Source: Minisyncoccota bacterium | Lineage (GTDB): Bacteria > Patescibacteriota > Minisyncoccia > Phycocordibacterales > UBA6065 | Assembly: GCA_035714745.1 (NCBI GenBank) | Contig: DASTLR010000008.1 | Coordinates: forward strand, 7,394-71,393 | Length of the DNA stretch: 64,000 bases | Direction: 5' to 3' | Part shown: positions 18,448 to 28,110 of the stretch, one piece after another | How the letters are laid out: each line of letters begins with the position of its first letter | Numbering within the stretch: the stretch's first letter is position 1 | Notes under the pieces: model-generated | Database searches by the model: none | The model's input: the letters and a program-made list of their open reading frames with translations, nothing else | What the model was told of the DNA's origin: nothing | Position numbers and translations under genes: made by a program

Positions 18448-20250
18448 ATGGGAATATTCGATTTTCTAAAGAAGAAGAGCAAGGTAGAGATAGCTCCGAT
18501 CCTACCTCAAGAAATATACGAAGCGGGCGTCTTGGAATTAAAAGACGTCATCGCCCCGTCGGCCCTCAAGGTATCGCCGCGCGAGCTCTCCCTGGGTGAC
18601 AAGATCGTCAGGTCCTTCTTCGTCATCTCGTACCCGCGCTTCCTCTCGGAGAGCTGGTTCGCCCCGATCATCAACTTGGACAAGGTCTTCAACATCTCTA
18701 TCTTCATCCACCCGGTCGAGACGGCCAAGGTCCTCCGCCAATTCCAAAAGAAAGTAGCCGAGGTCCAGAGCCAGATCTCCATCAGGGAACAGAAAGGATT
18801 AGTGCGCGATCCGATGCTCGATACGGCATACCAGGACCTGGAATCGCTCCGCGACAACCTCATGCAGGCTCAGGAGAAGCTCTTCGACGTGGGCGTCTAT
18901 ATCTCGATCTACGGCGACAGCGCCAGCGAGCTGGACAAGACCGAGTCCGAGATCAAGTCGATCCTGGAGTCCAAGCTGGTCTACGTCAAGCCGGCCCTCT
19001 TCCAACAGGAGCAGGGCTACAAGAGCAACCTGCCGACAGCCACCGACCAGCTTTTGGTCCATTCCAAGCTGAATTCCAGCCCTCTTTCCAGTCTTTTCCC
19101 GTTCATCTCCTTCGACCTGACCTCGGACAAGGGCATCCTCTACGGCATCAACAGGCATAACTCGTCCCTGGTGCTCTTCGACCGCTTCTCGCTCGAGAAC
19201 TACAACTCCATCACCTTTGCCAAGTCCGGCGCCGGAAAGTCATACGCCACCAAGCTGGAGATCCTGCGAACGCTGATGTTCGACACCGACGTCATCGTCA
19301 TCGACCCCGAGAAAGAATACGAATACCTGGCCGAATCGACGGGAGGCAAATACTTCAACATCTCGCTCAATTCCGAGCATCGCATCAATCCCTTCGACCT
19401 GCCGCTGCCGCGCGAGGACGAGTCGCCAGCCGACGTCCTGCGCTCGAACATCATCAACCTGGTCGGCCTGTTCCGCATCATGATGGGCGGCCTGACGCCC
19501 GAGGAGGACGCCATCATCGACCGCGCCATCACCGAGACCTACGCCCTCAAGGACATCACCCCGGACACTGACTTCTCGCACACCGAGGCGCCGCTGCTCT
19601 CGGACTTCGAGCTGGTGCTCGCCGGCATGGAGGGAGGGGAGTCCCTGGTCCAGCGCCTGACGAAATACACCAAGGGCACCTGGTCCGGCTTCATCAACAG
19701 GCCGACGAACGTCGACATCGGCGCCAAATTCGTGGTCTTCTCGCTCCGCGACATGGAGGACGAGCTCAAGCCGGTGGCCATGTATATCGTCACCCACTAC
19801 ATCTCGAACGCCGTGAGGAAGAACGTCAAGAAGCGCCTGCTCGTCATCGACGAGGCGTGGTGGATGATGAAATCCGAAGACACGGCCTCGTTCCTCCTGG
19901 GCTTGGCCAAGCGCGGACGCAAGTATTTCCTAGGCCTGGCCACCATCACCCAGGACGTCGACGACTTCCTTAAATCGCCGTACGGCCTACCGATCATCAC
20001 CAACTCCTCGATCCAGGTCCTCCTCAAGCAATCGCCGTCGTCGATCGACCGTCTCCAGCAGGTCTTCAATCTCACCGACGAGGAGAAATACCTCCTCCTC
20101 GAGTCCGACGTGGGAGAGGGCATATTCTTCGTCGGCTTGAAACACGTGGCCATAAAGGTCATCGCCTCGTATACCGAGGACCAGATCATCACCTCGGACC
20201 CCGCCCAGATATTGGCTATAAAGGAAGCGAAGAAGAATCTGGCGCAGTAG
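18448..20250 (+). CDS. virB4: VirB4-like secretion ATPase
   Basis: AKSGAGKS Walker A, IDPEKEY, INPFD, IDEAW, RGRKY, TQDVDDF. Confidence 0.9.
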   Translation: MGIFDFLKKKSKVEIAPILPQEIYEAGVLELKDVIAPSALKVSPRELSLGDKIVRSFFVISYPRFLSESWFAPIINLDKVFNISIFIHPVETAKVLRQFQKKVAEVQSQISIREQKGLVRDPMLDTAYQDLESLRDNLMQAQEKLFDVGVYISIYGDSASELDKTESEIKSILESKLVYVKPALFQQEQGYKSNLPTATDQLLVHSKLNSSPLSSLFPFISFDLTSDKGILYGINRHNSSLVLFDRFSLENYNSITFAKSGAGKSYATKLEILRTLMFDTDVIVIDPEKEYEYLAESTGGKYFNISLNSEHRINPFDLPLPREDESPADVLRSNIINLVGLFRIMMGGLTPEEDAIIDRAITETYALKDITPDTDFSHTEAPLLSDFELVLAGMEGGESLVQRLTKYTKGTWSGFINRPTNVDIGAKFVVFSLRDMEDELKPVAMYIVTHYISNAVRKNVKKRLLVIDEAWWMMKSEDTASFLLGLAKRGRKYFLGLATITQDVDDFLKSPYGLPIITNSSIQVLLKQSPSSIDRLQQVFNLTDEEKYLLLESDVGEGIFFVGLKHVAIKVIASYTEDQIITSDPAQILAIKEAKKNLAQ

Positions 20251-20272
20251 AGGCCTGTGGTACAATATGCGC

Positions 20273-21289
20273 ATGTCGCGCTTAGCAAAAAGCACTTTCT
20301 TTATCCTATCTTCTCTGGTGTTCTTGGTGTTCTCTGTGCTCTCTGTCTCTTCCGTATCGGCCCAGGGCATCCCCGGCATCTCCGCTCCTCTCATCCTCAC
20401 CATGGAGCCAGCCAATCCCAAGCCGCTCCAGACCGTCAACCTCTCGCTAAAAAGCTTCAGCCTCGACATCGACAAGGCGTCCATATCATGGACCGTCAAC
20501 GGTAAAGTAGCCGCCCGCGGCATAGGCATGAAGGTCTTTAGCGTCCAGGCTGGGTCTTTGGGCTCCTCAAAGACCGTTGAAGCGGTGGTCGCCACCGACT
20601 CCGAGGGCGATTTGAGCCAGACGGCAGTCATCCGTCCGGCCGACCTGACCTTGATATGGCAGGCCGCGTCATACGTTCCGGCTTTTTACAAGGGAAAGGC
20701 CCTGCTTTCCTACGGCGGCGCCTACAAAGTCGTGGCATTGCCCGAGATCCTCGACGCGAACGGGCGAAAGATAGATCCGCGCACGCTCATTTACGCCTGG
20801 AAAAAGAACGAGGCGGCCCAGCAGGAGGCTTCAGGCTATGGAAAATCCTACTTCGTCAGCAGCCAGAGCAGCTTCGTCCGCCAGGGCGACGAGATCGCGG
20901 TCGAAGTGACCTCCCCGGCCGATGGCTTCACCGTCTCGGCGCAGACCACCGTCGTGCCGGTCGCCCCCGAGCTTCATTTCTATGAGGATAGCCCCCTGTA
21001 TGGCGTCGTCTTCGAGAAAGAGGCTGCGGGCAGGATGAAGCTGGCAAACGAGGAGGTCACGCTGGCCGCCGAGCCGTTCTTCTTTTCTGCTGTCGACAAG
21101 GGGAGCGCGCTCCTGGGCTACACGTGGACGCTCGGCGGGGCTGCGGTCCCGGAATTCCAGGATAAGCCCTCGATAACCCTGCGCCGCGCCACGGCGGCGG
21201 CCGGCTCGGCCTCTATCGGCCTGTCGGTAGGGAACAGCGCCAGGCTCCTGCAGGGCGCCGAACAGAGCCTTTTAATACAATATGAATAG
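20273..21289 (+). CDS. Secreted beta-rich (Ig-like) hypothetical protein
   Basis: Signal peptide, WTVNG and Y.W repeats, YVPAFYKGKAL; TACAAT 6 nt upstream. Confidence 0.75.
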   Translation: MSRLAKSTFFILSSLVFLVFSVLSVSSVSAQGIPGISAPLILTMEPANPKPLQTVNLSLKSFSLDIDKASISWTVNGKVAARGIGMKVFSVQAGSLGSSKTVEAVVATDSEGDLSQTAVIRPADLTLIWQAASYVPAFYKGKALLSYGGAYKVVALPEILDANGRKIDPRTLIYAWKKNEAAQQEASGYGKSYFVSSQSSFVRQGDEIAVEVTSPADGFTVSAQTTVVPVAPELHFYEDSPLYGVVFEKEAAGRMKLANEEVTLAAEPFFFSAVDKGSALLGYTWTLGGAAVPEFQDKPSITLRRATAAAGSASIGLSVGNSARLLQGAEQSLLIQYE

Positions 21290-22520
21290 GATGAAAAAAA
21301 CCTTTGCCGCCGTCGCATTCTCGCTCTACCTGGCGTTGGGCTTCGCGGCTGCCGCATCAGCTCAGGTAGATACCAACTACATACCTCTGACGACCGTTCC
21401 CGGCGCCTTTGAAGCCGGCAAGATCACGAACCCGGTAAAGGTAGTGGCGGGCGTCTACGGCATCGCCATCGGCATCGGATCGATCATCGCCGTCGTCATG
21501 ATCATCCTGGCCGGCTTCAAATATATGTACCAGGAGTCGATCGACGGCAAGTCAGACGCCAAAGAGCAGATCACCAACGCCTTCATAGGCCTCTTCGTCA
21601 TCCTCGGCTCGTATATCATCCTCAAGACCATCAATCCCGCGCTCGTCGACTTCGACGTCGAGCTCCGGGGCGGAAGCGGAAAGGTGTCCGGGCTCATCGC
21701 CATACAAAAGGAGCTCGATGCGACTCAATCAAAAGTAGCTCAAGCTAACGCCGCCACAGCCGAGCGGCAAAAAGAAATCGACGCTCTCAAGACTACGACT
21801 CTACCTAACAAGGAAAAAGAGATCCAAGCGATGAAAGACAGGATCGCAGCCGCAGAAAAGACAGCAGGCGGGCCGGGAAAAAAAGCCGTGCTCGACGAAC
21901 TTAATGGCCAACTCGCCAAGCTGGAGGGTGAGAAAGCCCAGATACTCGACACTATCAGCATAAAGACGATTGATAACCTAAAGACCATCGCCCAAAATAA
22001 TGTCACCCTTGGAAGAGACAATGTCTTCAAGAACGAGATCACCTCGCTCACCAAGATAACAGACCCGACCCAGGCTTCGGTTGAGGCAAGGGAATCCCTT
22101 CGAAGACTGGCGGTCCAGACAGACAGCCTTAAACTCGCGATGGAAAAGAAGATAGCCGAGGCCGAAACAATTGACGTAGCGATCGGCTCAAAAAGCGAGG
22201 TGGCTAAGCAAGAGTACTTCAATGCTGCCAACCAGGATTTGACATATATCAATCAATCAAAAAGCCTCATCACCGAAGCTCATGACACAATAAACGCCAA
22301 CTCTGGCGGTACAGACAAGCAAAATTCTGAATACAATGCGCTGCTCAGCAAATATGCGGGCTATGTTAAAGAACTTCAAGATTCCAATAGAAAGGACTTG
22401 GCAGACCGACTCCAAACCGATATTGATAGCGTGACCAAGATAATGAAAATCCGCCAAGCGGTGAATTGCGCGACATATGATGCGGCTCGTCGACAGCAGC
22501 TTACTCTCTGCCAACCATAG
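21282..22520 (+). CDS. VirB2/TrbC-like pilin domain fused to long coiled coil
   Basis: AVVMIILAGFKYM...AKEQITNAFIGLFVILGSYIILKTINP pilin signature. Confidence 0.78.
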   Translation: MNRMKKTFAAVAFSLYLALGFAAAASAQVDTNYIPLTTVPGAFEAGKITNPVKVVAGVYGIAIGIGSIIAVVMIILAGFKYMYQESIDGKSDAKEQITNAFIGLFVILGSYIILKTINPALVDFDVELRGGSGKVSGLIAIQKELDATQSKVAQANAATAERQKEIDALKTTTLPNKEKEIQAMKDRIAAAEKTAGGPGKKAVLDELNGQLAKLEGEKAQILDTISIKTIDNLKTIAQNNVTLGRDNVFKNEITSLTKITDPTQASVEARESLRRLAVQTDSLKLAMEKKIAEAETIDVAIGSKSEVAKQEYFNAANQDLTYINQSKSLITEAHDTINANSGGTDKQNSEYNALLSKYAGYVKELQDSNRKDLADRLQTDIDSVTKIMKIRQAVNCATYDAARRQQLTLCQP

Positions 22521-22522
22521 CC

Positions 22523-23749
22523 ATGTCAAAGAAACTGTTCTTCTTCATCATACTGGCGGTCATCGCGGTCCTGGGCGTGGCGGGATGGTGGTTCCTGCGC
22601 CTACAGGTGGCGGCGCCGGCGGTACAGCAGCCTGACCAGACGGGGGAGGACCTCTTTCCTTTTGGCTCGGGAGCGGTAAAGCCGAGCGAGGCCAAGCCTG
22701 CAACCACCACCCAGCCTGTCTCGAACGTCACGGCTCCGACTTCGCCCGCGGCCCAGCCAAGGCTCCGCAAGCTCTCGTCCGAGCCTGCCGTCTCCGCGGC
22801 TTTCGTCTATTCAGCGACGTCGACGCGCGCCGTCCGCTTCGTCGACCGCGCCACGGGCCATATCCTGGAAGCGGCGGTAGATTCGGCCCTTCAGTCCACA
22901 CCGTCGAACGTCACCATCCCCCAGGTCAGGGAAGCGCTGTGGGGAGACAAGGCTTCGTCATTGGTCTATCGCTATCTGAAAGGCTCGACCGTCCAATCGT
23001 TCTACGCCGCTCTTAAATCCGGCACGGCGACGAGCTCCCAGCCGATCGAGGGCATATTCCTGCCGAGCGACATCCGATCGATGGCGGTGACCGGCGGCAA
23101 GATCCTCTATTTCGATCCTTCCGTCGAAAGCGGCCGCCTGATCATGGCGAATATGGACGGATCAAAGAAAGCCACGGTCTGGACCTCTGATTTCGGCGAG
23201 TGGGCAATCTCCTCGGTAAATCCCGCAAAGGCTTTCATATATACCAAACCGAGCGCCTCAGCTAACGGCGTCGGCTACATCGTCGACACTACAAAGGGCA
23301 CGGCTACGAAGGTCGTCGGCGACGCTGCCGGCCTCGAGGGTTCGATCGGCCCGTCCGGCGACTACGTCTTCCTCTCGGCCGCTTCGGGCTCGGGAATCGC
23401 TTCAGCGTCGTATTCGGCCGCCAAAAAGACGGTCAGCCAGCTCTCCCTGAGCACGCTAGCCTCCAAATGCGCCTGGAGCGGCGCATCGAAAAAGACGGTC
23501 TACTGCGGAATCCCTGCGAACCTTGAAAGCGCCGCATACCCTGACGACTGGTACAAGGGCTCCGTCAGCTTCTCTGACAGGCTCTGGAAGATCGACATGG
23601 AAACGGGAGAGACCGAGGTCGTCTTGGACCCCTTCCTCGACAGCCTGAACGAATTCGACATGACGAACCTGACGGTCGATCCGACGGATACCTATCTGGC
23701 CTTTGTGAACAAGAAAGACCTCTCGCTCTGGCTGTACAAGATCAAATAA
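22523..23749 (+). CDS. Membrane-anchored beta-propeller-like protein
   Basis: N-terminal TM, repeated beta-strand pattern, KCAW..YCGIP..PDDWYKG. Confidence 0.75.
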   Translation: MSKKLFFFIILAVIAVLGVAGWWFLRLQVAAPAVQQPDQTGEDLFPFGSGAVKPSEAKPATTTQPVSNVTAPTSPAAQPRLRKLSSEPAVSAAFVYSATSTRAVRFVDRATGHILEAAVDSALQSTPSNVTIPQVREALWGDKASSLVYRYLKGSTVQSFYAALKSGTATSSQPIEGIFLPSDIRSMAVTGGKILYFDPSVESGRLIMANMDGSKKATVWTSDFGEWAISSVNPAKAFIYTKPSASANGVGYIVDTTKGTATKVVGDAAGLEGSIGPSGDYVFLSAASGSGIASASYSAAKKTVSQLSLSTLASKCAWSGASKKTVYCGIPANLESAAYPDDWYKGSVSFSDRLWKIDMETGETEVVLDPFLDSLNEFDMTNLTVDPTDTYLAFVNKKDLSLWLYKIK

Positions 23750-23761
23750 GAGGCCGAAAGG

Positions 23762-24505
23762 CTATTTCGCCGCCTTCTCTCGGGCGATCTGCCTCCTGAT
23801 ATAGAGCTCCTGGCCGATCATAAAGAGGTTGCTGGTGATCCAGTAGATCGCCAGGGCGCCGGCGACGTTCCACGAGATGAAGAATATCATCACCGGAAAG
23901 ACGTATTTCATCTGGGCCTGCATGTTGCGCGCCAGGTCCTCGTGAAGCTTGGCTCCCGCCGCCGGCCGAGCCGCGGCTTTTGGGACGGAGATCGAGATCT
24001 GCAAGTACTGCGAGAGCGCGGCGAGCGCGGCCAAAAAGACGCTTTTCTGGGTCACGTCGATGAGGTCGAGGAAATGCGTGCCGATAGCAGGCGGGATGGA
24101 TACCCAGCTATAGAGGAGCTCGGTATGAACGGTCGAGAAACCGGTCGTATAAAAGATCCTATAGAGGGCGATGATGATCGGCAGCTGGATGAAGAGCAAG
24201 AGGATGCTGGAGAAGGGATTTATCTTCTTTTCCTTGTACAATGCCATGGTCTGTATCGCCTGGGCCTGCTTGTCGTCCTTGTATTTCTCCTTTATGGCGG
24301 CGAGCTCGGGCTCGACGGTCTTCATGACGACCTGCGTGCGAGCGGCTTTCTTCGAGATAGGGAAGAGCACCAGCCGAACGATGATGGTAAAGAGGATGAC
24401 GACCATGCCCGCGTCGATCCATGGAGCGAATCGAGCCGAGTTCATCAGGATGACCAGGCCGTTATAGAGGGGGTTATAGACGACCGTCGTATAGAGATAA
24501 TGCAT
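23762..24505 (-). CDS. yidC: Membrane protein insertase YidC
   Basis: TIIVRLVLFP, INPFSSILLLFIQLPI, AIYWITSNLF; position after rnpA. Confidence 0.95.
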   Translation of the reverse strand: MHYLYTTVVYNPLYNGLVILMNSARFAPWIDAGMVVILFTIIVRLVLFPISKKAARTQVVMKTVEPELAAIKEKYKDDKQAQAIQTMALYKEKKINPFSSILLLFIQLPIIIALYRIFYTTGFSTVHTELLYSWVSIPPAIGTHFLDLIDVTQKSVFLAALAALSQYLQISISVPKAAARPAAGAKLHEDLARNMQAQMKYVFPVMIFFISWNVAGALAIYWITSNLFMIGQELYIRRQIAREKAAK

Positions 24506-24526
24506 ATTGATGAGTATAGACGCTGA

Positions 24527-24847
24527 TTATAGCACCCGAGAGAGCAGGGAGTGGACCTCGGCGGAGAGCCGCTCAGCGGGCGCCGTCAGAGCCTCCTTCT
24601 TCGGCATGAACATCACGAACGCCGGCTCTGCCGAGCGCAGGCGCTCCATGTCGAGCACGCCGTAGACGCGGCGGCGGGCGCGGTTGCGCTCGACGGCGGT
24701 CTTGAAGACCTTCTTTGACGCAGAAACGGCGAACTTGAGCCGTTTCGCGGGAATATAGCGCAAAGAAACAAGCGTCCCAAAGACGCTTTTTCCTTGCGCG
24801 AGGCATTCGATCTCACCAGACGCGAGTCGATCGCCCTTCTTGAGCAT
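24527..24847 (-). CDS. rnpA: RNase P protein component
   Basis: SKKVFKTAVERNRARRR motif; between rpmH and yidC. Confidence 0.9.
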   Translation of the reverse strand: MLKKGDRLASGEIECLAQGKSVFGTLVSLRYIPAKRLKFAVSASKKVFKTAVERNRARRRVYGVLDMERLRSAEPAFVMFMPKKEALTAPAERLSAEVHSLLSRVL

Positions 24848-24984
24848 TAGACGTTCACTATCCTGGCTCGGCCTTTGTGTCGCCTGCGAGCCATGACCTT
24901 CTTTCCGGTCGGAGTGCTCTTGCGAGCGAGGAATCCGTGAGCGCGGGCTCGCTTTCGGTTACGGGTTTTGTATACGATCGCCAT
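24847..24984 (-). CDS. rpmH: 50S ribosomal protein L34 (not in ORF track, 45 aa)
   Basis: Manual translation MAIVYKTRNRKRARAHGFLARKSTPTGKKVMARRRHKGRARIVNV; divergent from dnaA. Confidence 0.95.
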   Translation of the reverse strand: MAIVYKTRNRKRARAHGFLARKSTPTGKKVMARRRHKGRARIVNV

Positions 24985-25094
24985 AAAAATCTTGTTAACA
25001 GCTTGTGAACATATTATTAACATATTTACTTCGCATTCACAAGTACTAAAATTCCTTAAAGCGACTATACTTAATCCACTTCATCCGAGAGATC

Positions 25095-26438
25095 ATGGAT
25101 ACTAAAAAACTTTGGGAGAACGTGTCGGGCGCCATCGAGCTCCAGGTGTCGAAAGCGACCTTTAATACCTGGTTCCGCGACACCCACATCCACAAGATCG
25201 ACGAAGGGGTAGTGTACGTGGCGGTCCCTAATCCCTTTGTAAAGGACTGGCTCTCTGAGAAGCTCCACAAGGTCATCCTGAAATACCTCCGAGACTTCGG
25301 CAGCGACGTCAGGTCCATAGAATACGTCATCTCCAAGACTCCCGAGCGAAAAGAGCCCGTAGAAGACGCCTCGAGGCCTTCGCCGGTCTTCGAGTTGCCT
25401 CTCCAGGAGCACTATATAAACAAAGAGGATAACCTCAATCCTAAATATACGTTCGATTCATTCGTGGTCGGGCCCTTTAACGAGCTTGCCCATGCAGCCG
25501 CACAGGCGGTCCTCAAGAGCCCCGGAGTGGCCTATAACCCTCTTTTCATCTATGGCGATACCGGGCGAGGCAAGACGCACATCATGCAGGCAGTCGGGAA
25601 CGCTATAAAAGCCAACTATCCCGATAAAAAGGTCTTCTACGTCACCTCCGAGCGCTTCGCGGTCGACTACATGAACTCGCTCCAGCTGGGAACCGCAAAT
25701 AAATTCAAAGAACGCTATAGGAAATACGATGTCCTTATCATGGACGACGTACAGTTCTTCGCCAGCAAGGAAAAGATCCAAGAGGAGTTCTTCCACCTTT
25801 TCAATACCCTCAAAGAGAACAACAAACAGCTGATCTGCTCGTCCGATCGCCATCCGAACAACATCCCTGAGCTCGAAGACCGCATAAAATCGCGCTTTAA
25901 TGCCGGCATGATCGTCGACGTGGCCGCCCCGGACCTGGAATCCAGGCTCTCCATCCTGAAGGCGAAGCTATCGAAGCAGGGCATCAGCCTGCCGGCAGAG
26001 CTCATCGAATATATAGCCACCACTATAGAAGGTAACGTCCGCGAGCTTGAAGGAGTCATCAACTCGATCGCCATGCAGACCCAGCTAAAGGGCAGGGAGC
26101 TGAATATCATCGAGATCAAGGGCATCCTCAAGAACAATGCGAAACCAAAGAAATCCGTCTCGGTAAAAGATGTGGTGAAGGTCGTGACCGACTTCTATAA
26201 CATCGAGGAGAACAACATTTACGAAAAGACCCGTAAAAAGGAGGTGGTCAAACCGCGCCAGGTCATCATGTACCTCTTGCGAGAGGACTTGAATATCTCG
26301 TACCCCTCCATCGGCGAGAAATTAGGAGGCCGCGACCATACCACCGTCATCCATTCGTGCGAAAAGATAAAGGAAGACATAAAATCCAACCAAACGCTGG
26401 TGCAGGAGCTGAATCATATACGATCGCTTATCCTCTAG
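25095..26438 (+). CDS. dnaA: Replication initiator DnaA
   Basis: [46 protein letters not shown]. Confidence 0.98.
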   Translation: MDTKKLWENVSGAIELQVSKATFNTWFRDTHIHKIDEGVVYVAVPNPFVKDWLSEKLHKVILKYLRDFGSDVRSIEYVISKTPERKEPVEDASRPSPVFELPLQEHYINKEDNLNPKYTFDSFVVGPFNELAHAAAQAVLKSPGVAYNPLFIYGDTGRGKTHIMQAVGNAIKANYPDKKVFYVTSERFAVDYMNSLQLGTANKFKERYRKYDVLIMDDVQFFASKEKIQEEFFHLFNTLKENNKQLICSSDRHPNNIPELEDRIKSRFNAGMIVDVAAPDLESRLSILKAKLSKQGISLPAELIEYIATTIEGNVRELEGVINSIAMQTQLKGRELNIIEIKGILKNNAKPKKSVSVKDVVKVVTDFYNIEENNIYEKTRKKEVVKPRQVIMYLLREDLNISYPSIGEKLGGRDHTTVIHSCEKIKEDIKSNQTLVQELNHIRSLIL

Positions 26439-26721
26439 GGCGCGGCATGCGTTGGGGAAAAAGCTGTGGAGAAGCGGGAAAGAGCGCGGGGATAACCTTG
26501 AAAATCGAAAGAGGGAAATGGGGACAAAAAAAGGATAACTTCCCGGAAAACGACGAAACAAAATTAGTTGTTCGAACGTAGTGGGGGATATCCACCGATG
26601 GGCCCGGAGCTATTTTTTAAAGGACCCTTTGCCAGAGCGCTGTAAAAAGTTATTCACATATCAACACCGGTAATAGTAATAGTAGTTTTCTTTTAAGAAT
26701 ATTAAGAGATATAGTAGGGAC
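26439..26721. other. Probable replication origin oriC
   Basis: dnaA-dnaN intergenic region with several DnaA-box-like 9-mers (TGTGGAGAA, GGGGATAAC, TTATTCACA at 26650-26658), then CCGG and TAA-TAG-TAA-TAG-TAG trio-like repeats and an AT-rich tract. Confidence 0.85.
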
Positions 26722-27822
26722 ATGAAAATCGAATGCATCAAAGACAAGCTGATCGACGGAATCTCCAAAGCTGATCGACTGACCGGCAAGAACCTCTCAT
26801 TGCCTATCCTGGCGTGCATCTATCTCAAGGCCGTAAAGAATACCTTGGTCATCCGCGCAACCAACCTGGATTGCGGCATAGAGGTCAGGATCCCCGCTAA
26901 AGTCGAAGCCGAGGGCGAGGTAGCCCTCCAGGGAGCGGTTCTAAACTCCCTTTTGGCCGGACTGCCTCGCGAAAAGAATATCGTTTTGCAGTCGAAAGAC
27001 GGAAATCTCCTGGTATCGACTTCGGCGAATACGACCCTTATAAAGACGTTCTCTCCGGACGAATTCCCTACGATCCCAAAGCTTGATACCCAGCGCACCA
27101 TCGAGATGAGCCCTAAAGTCCTCGTAAAAGGCTTTAAATCGGTCGTATACAGCGCTTCTCAATCGACGGTGAAGCCTGAGCTGTCGAGCGTCTACGTCTA
27201 CAAGGACGGGGCGGACCTGGTCTTCGTCTCGACCGATTCGTTCCGCCTGGCCGAAAAGAGGATAAAAGTGAAGGAGGATATGGATTTTCCTTCAGTCATC
27301 ATTCCTGGCAAGAATGTGAACGACATAATCAGGACCCTGGAGAGCTCTACCGAAGACGTCAGAGTGCTCTTTGATAAGAACCAGATCGCTTTCGAGGGCA
27401 AGGACGTCTACCTGATGTCCCGCGTCATCGACGCGACGTTCCCGGATTACAAGCAGATCATCCCAAAGGTTTTTGTCACCGAGGTAGTGGTCCTCAAGCA
27501 GGACTTCGTGGATTCGCTCAAGACCTCGCACGTGTTCTCGGATAAATTCAATCAGGTCAACGTGAAGGCCCTGCCTTCCAAGAAGTCGTTCATCATCTCG
27601 ACCAAGAACAGCGATATCGGGGAATATACGAATACCATCGATTCCAGTGTCACCGGGCAGGATGTCGAGATCAATTTCAACCATAAGTATCTTTCGGATT
27701 GCTTCCAGTCTATCGACGCCGATAGCCTCTCTATCTCGATCAGCGGCGCCAACAAGCCATTGGTCATGAGGGGGGTTTCCGACAAGTCCTTCACCTATCT
27801 GGTGATGCCTATGAATAGGTAA
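26722..27822 (+). CDS. dnaN: DNA polymerase III beta clamp
   Basis: ATNLD, STDSFRLAE, FPDYKQIIP, YLVMPM. Confidence 0.97.
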   Translation: MKIECIKDKLIDGISKADRLTGKNLSLPILACIYLKAVKNTLVIRATNLDCGIEVRIPAKVEAEGEVALQGAVLNSLLAGLPREKNIVLQSKDGNLLVSTSANTTLIKTFSPDEFPTIPKLDTQRTIEMSPKVLVKGFKSVVYSASQSTVKPELSSVYVYKDGADLVFVSTDSFRLAEKRIKVKEDMDFPSVIIPGKNVNDIIRTLESSTEDVRVLFDKNQIAFEGKDVYLMSRVIDATFPDYKQIIPKVFVTEVVVLKQDFVDSLKTSHVFSDKFNQVNVKALPSKKSFIISTKNSDIGEYTNTIDSSVTGQDVEINFNHKYLSDCFQSIDADSLSISISGANKPLVMRGVSDKSFTYLVMPMNR

Positions 27823-27858
27823 TCGACAGGCTTTGATTCGGGGCTTGTCTACCGCTCC

Positions 27859-28110
27859 ATGTTCAATATCTCTGATTATTTCAAGAAATTCGCCCGCCTG
27901 GAGGGCGAATCTCTGCTTCAAAAAGAAGCCATCGAACAGGCTCTGAAAGAAGTGTGCGGCATCCCGCATGCGGGCTACAGCCTAAAAAAAGGGGTCCTGA
28001 CCGTCAAAGGTTCGCCTATGTTGAAGTCAGTGGTCTTTACCAAGAAGCAGCAGCTTCTTGCGGCTCTACAGGCGTCGCTGCCGCAGGGCAGGATCACCGA
28101 CGTCCGCTAG
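27859..28110 (+). CDS. Small hypothetical protein, possibly DciA/DUF721-like
   Basis: Follows dnaN; GVLTV...K..LL..L...ITDVR pattern resembles the DciA KH-like fold. Confidence 0.55.
   Translation: MFNISDYFKKFARLEGESLLQKEAIEQALKEVCGIPHAGYSLKKGVLTVKGSPMLKSVVFTKKQQLLAALQASLPQGRITDVR

Noticed and set aside
11303-23749. Integrative conjugative element
   Set aside because: No integrase, relaxase or att sites nearby; largely host-like composition and core-genome location.
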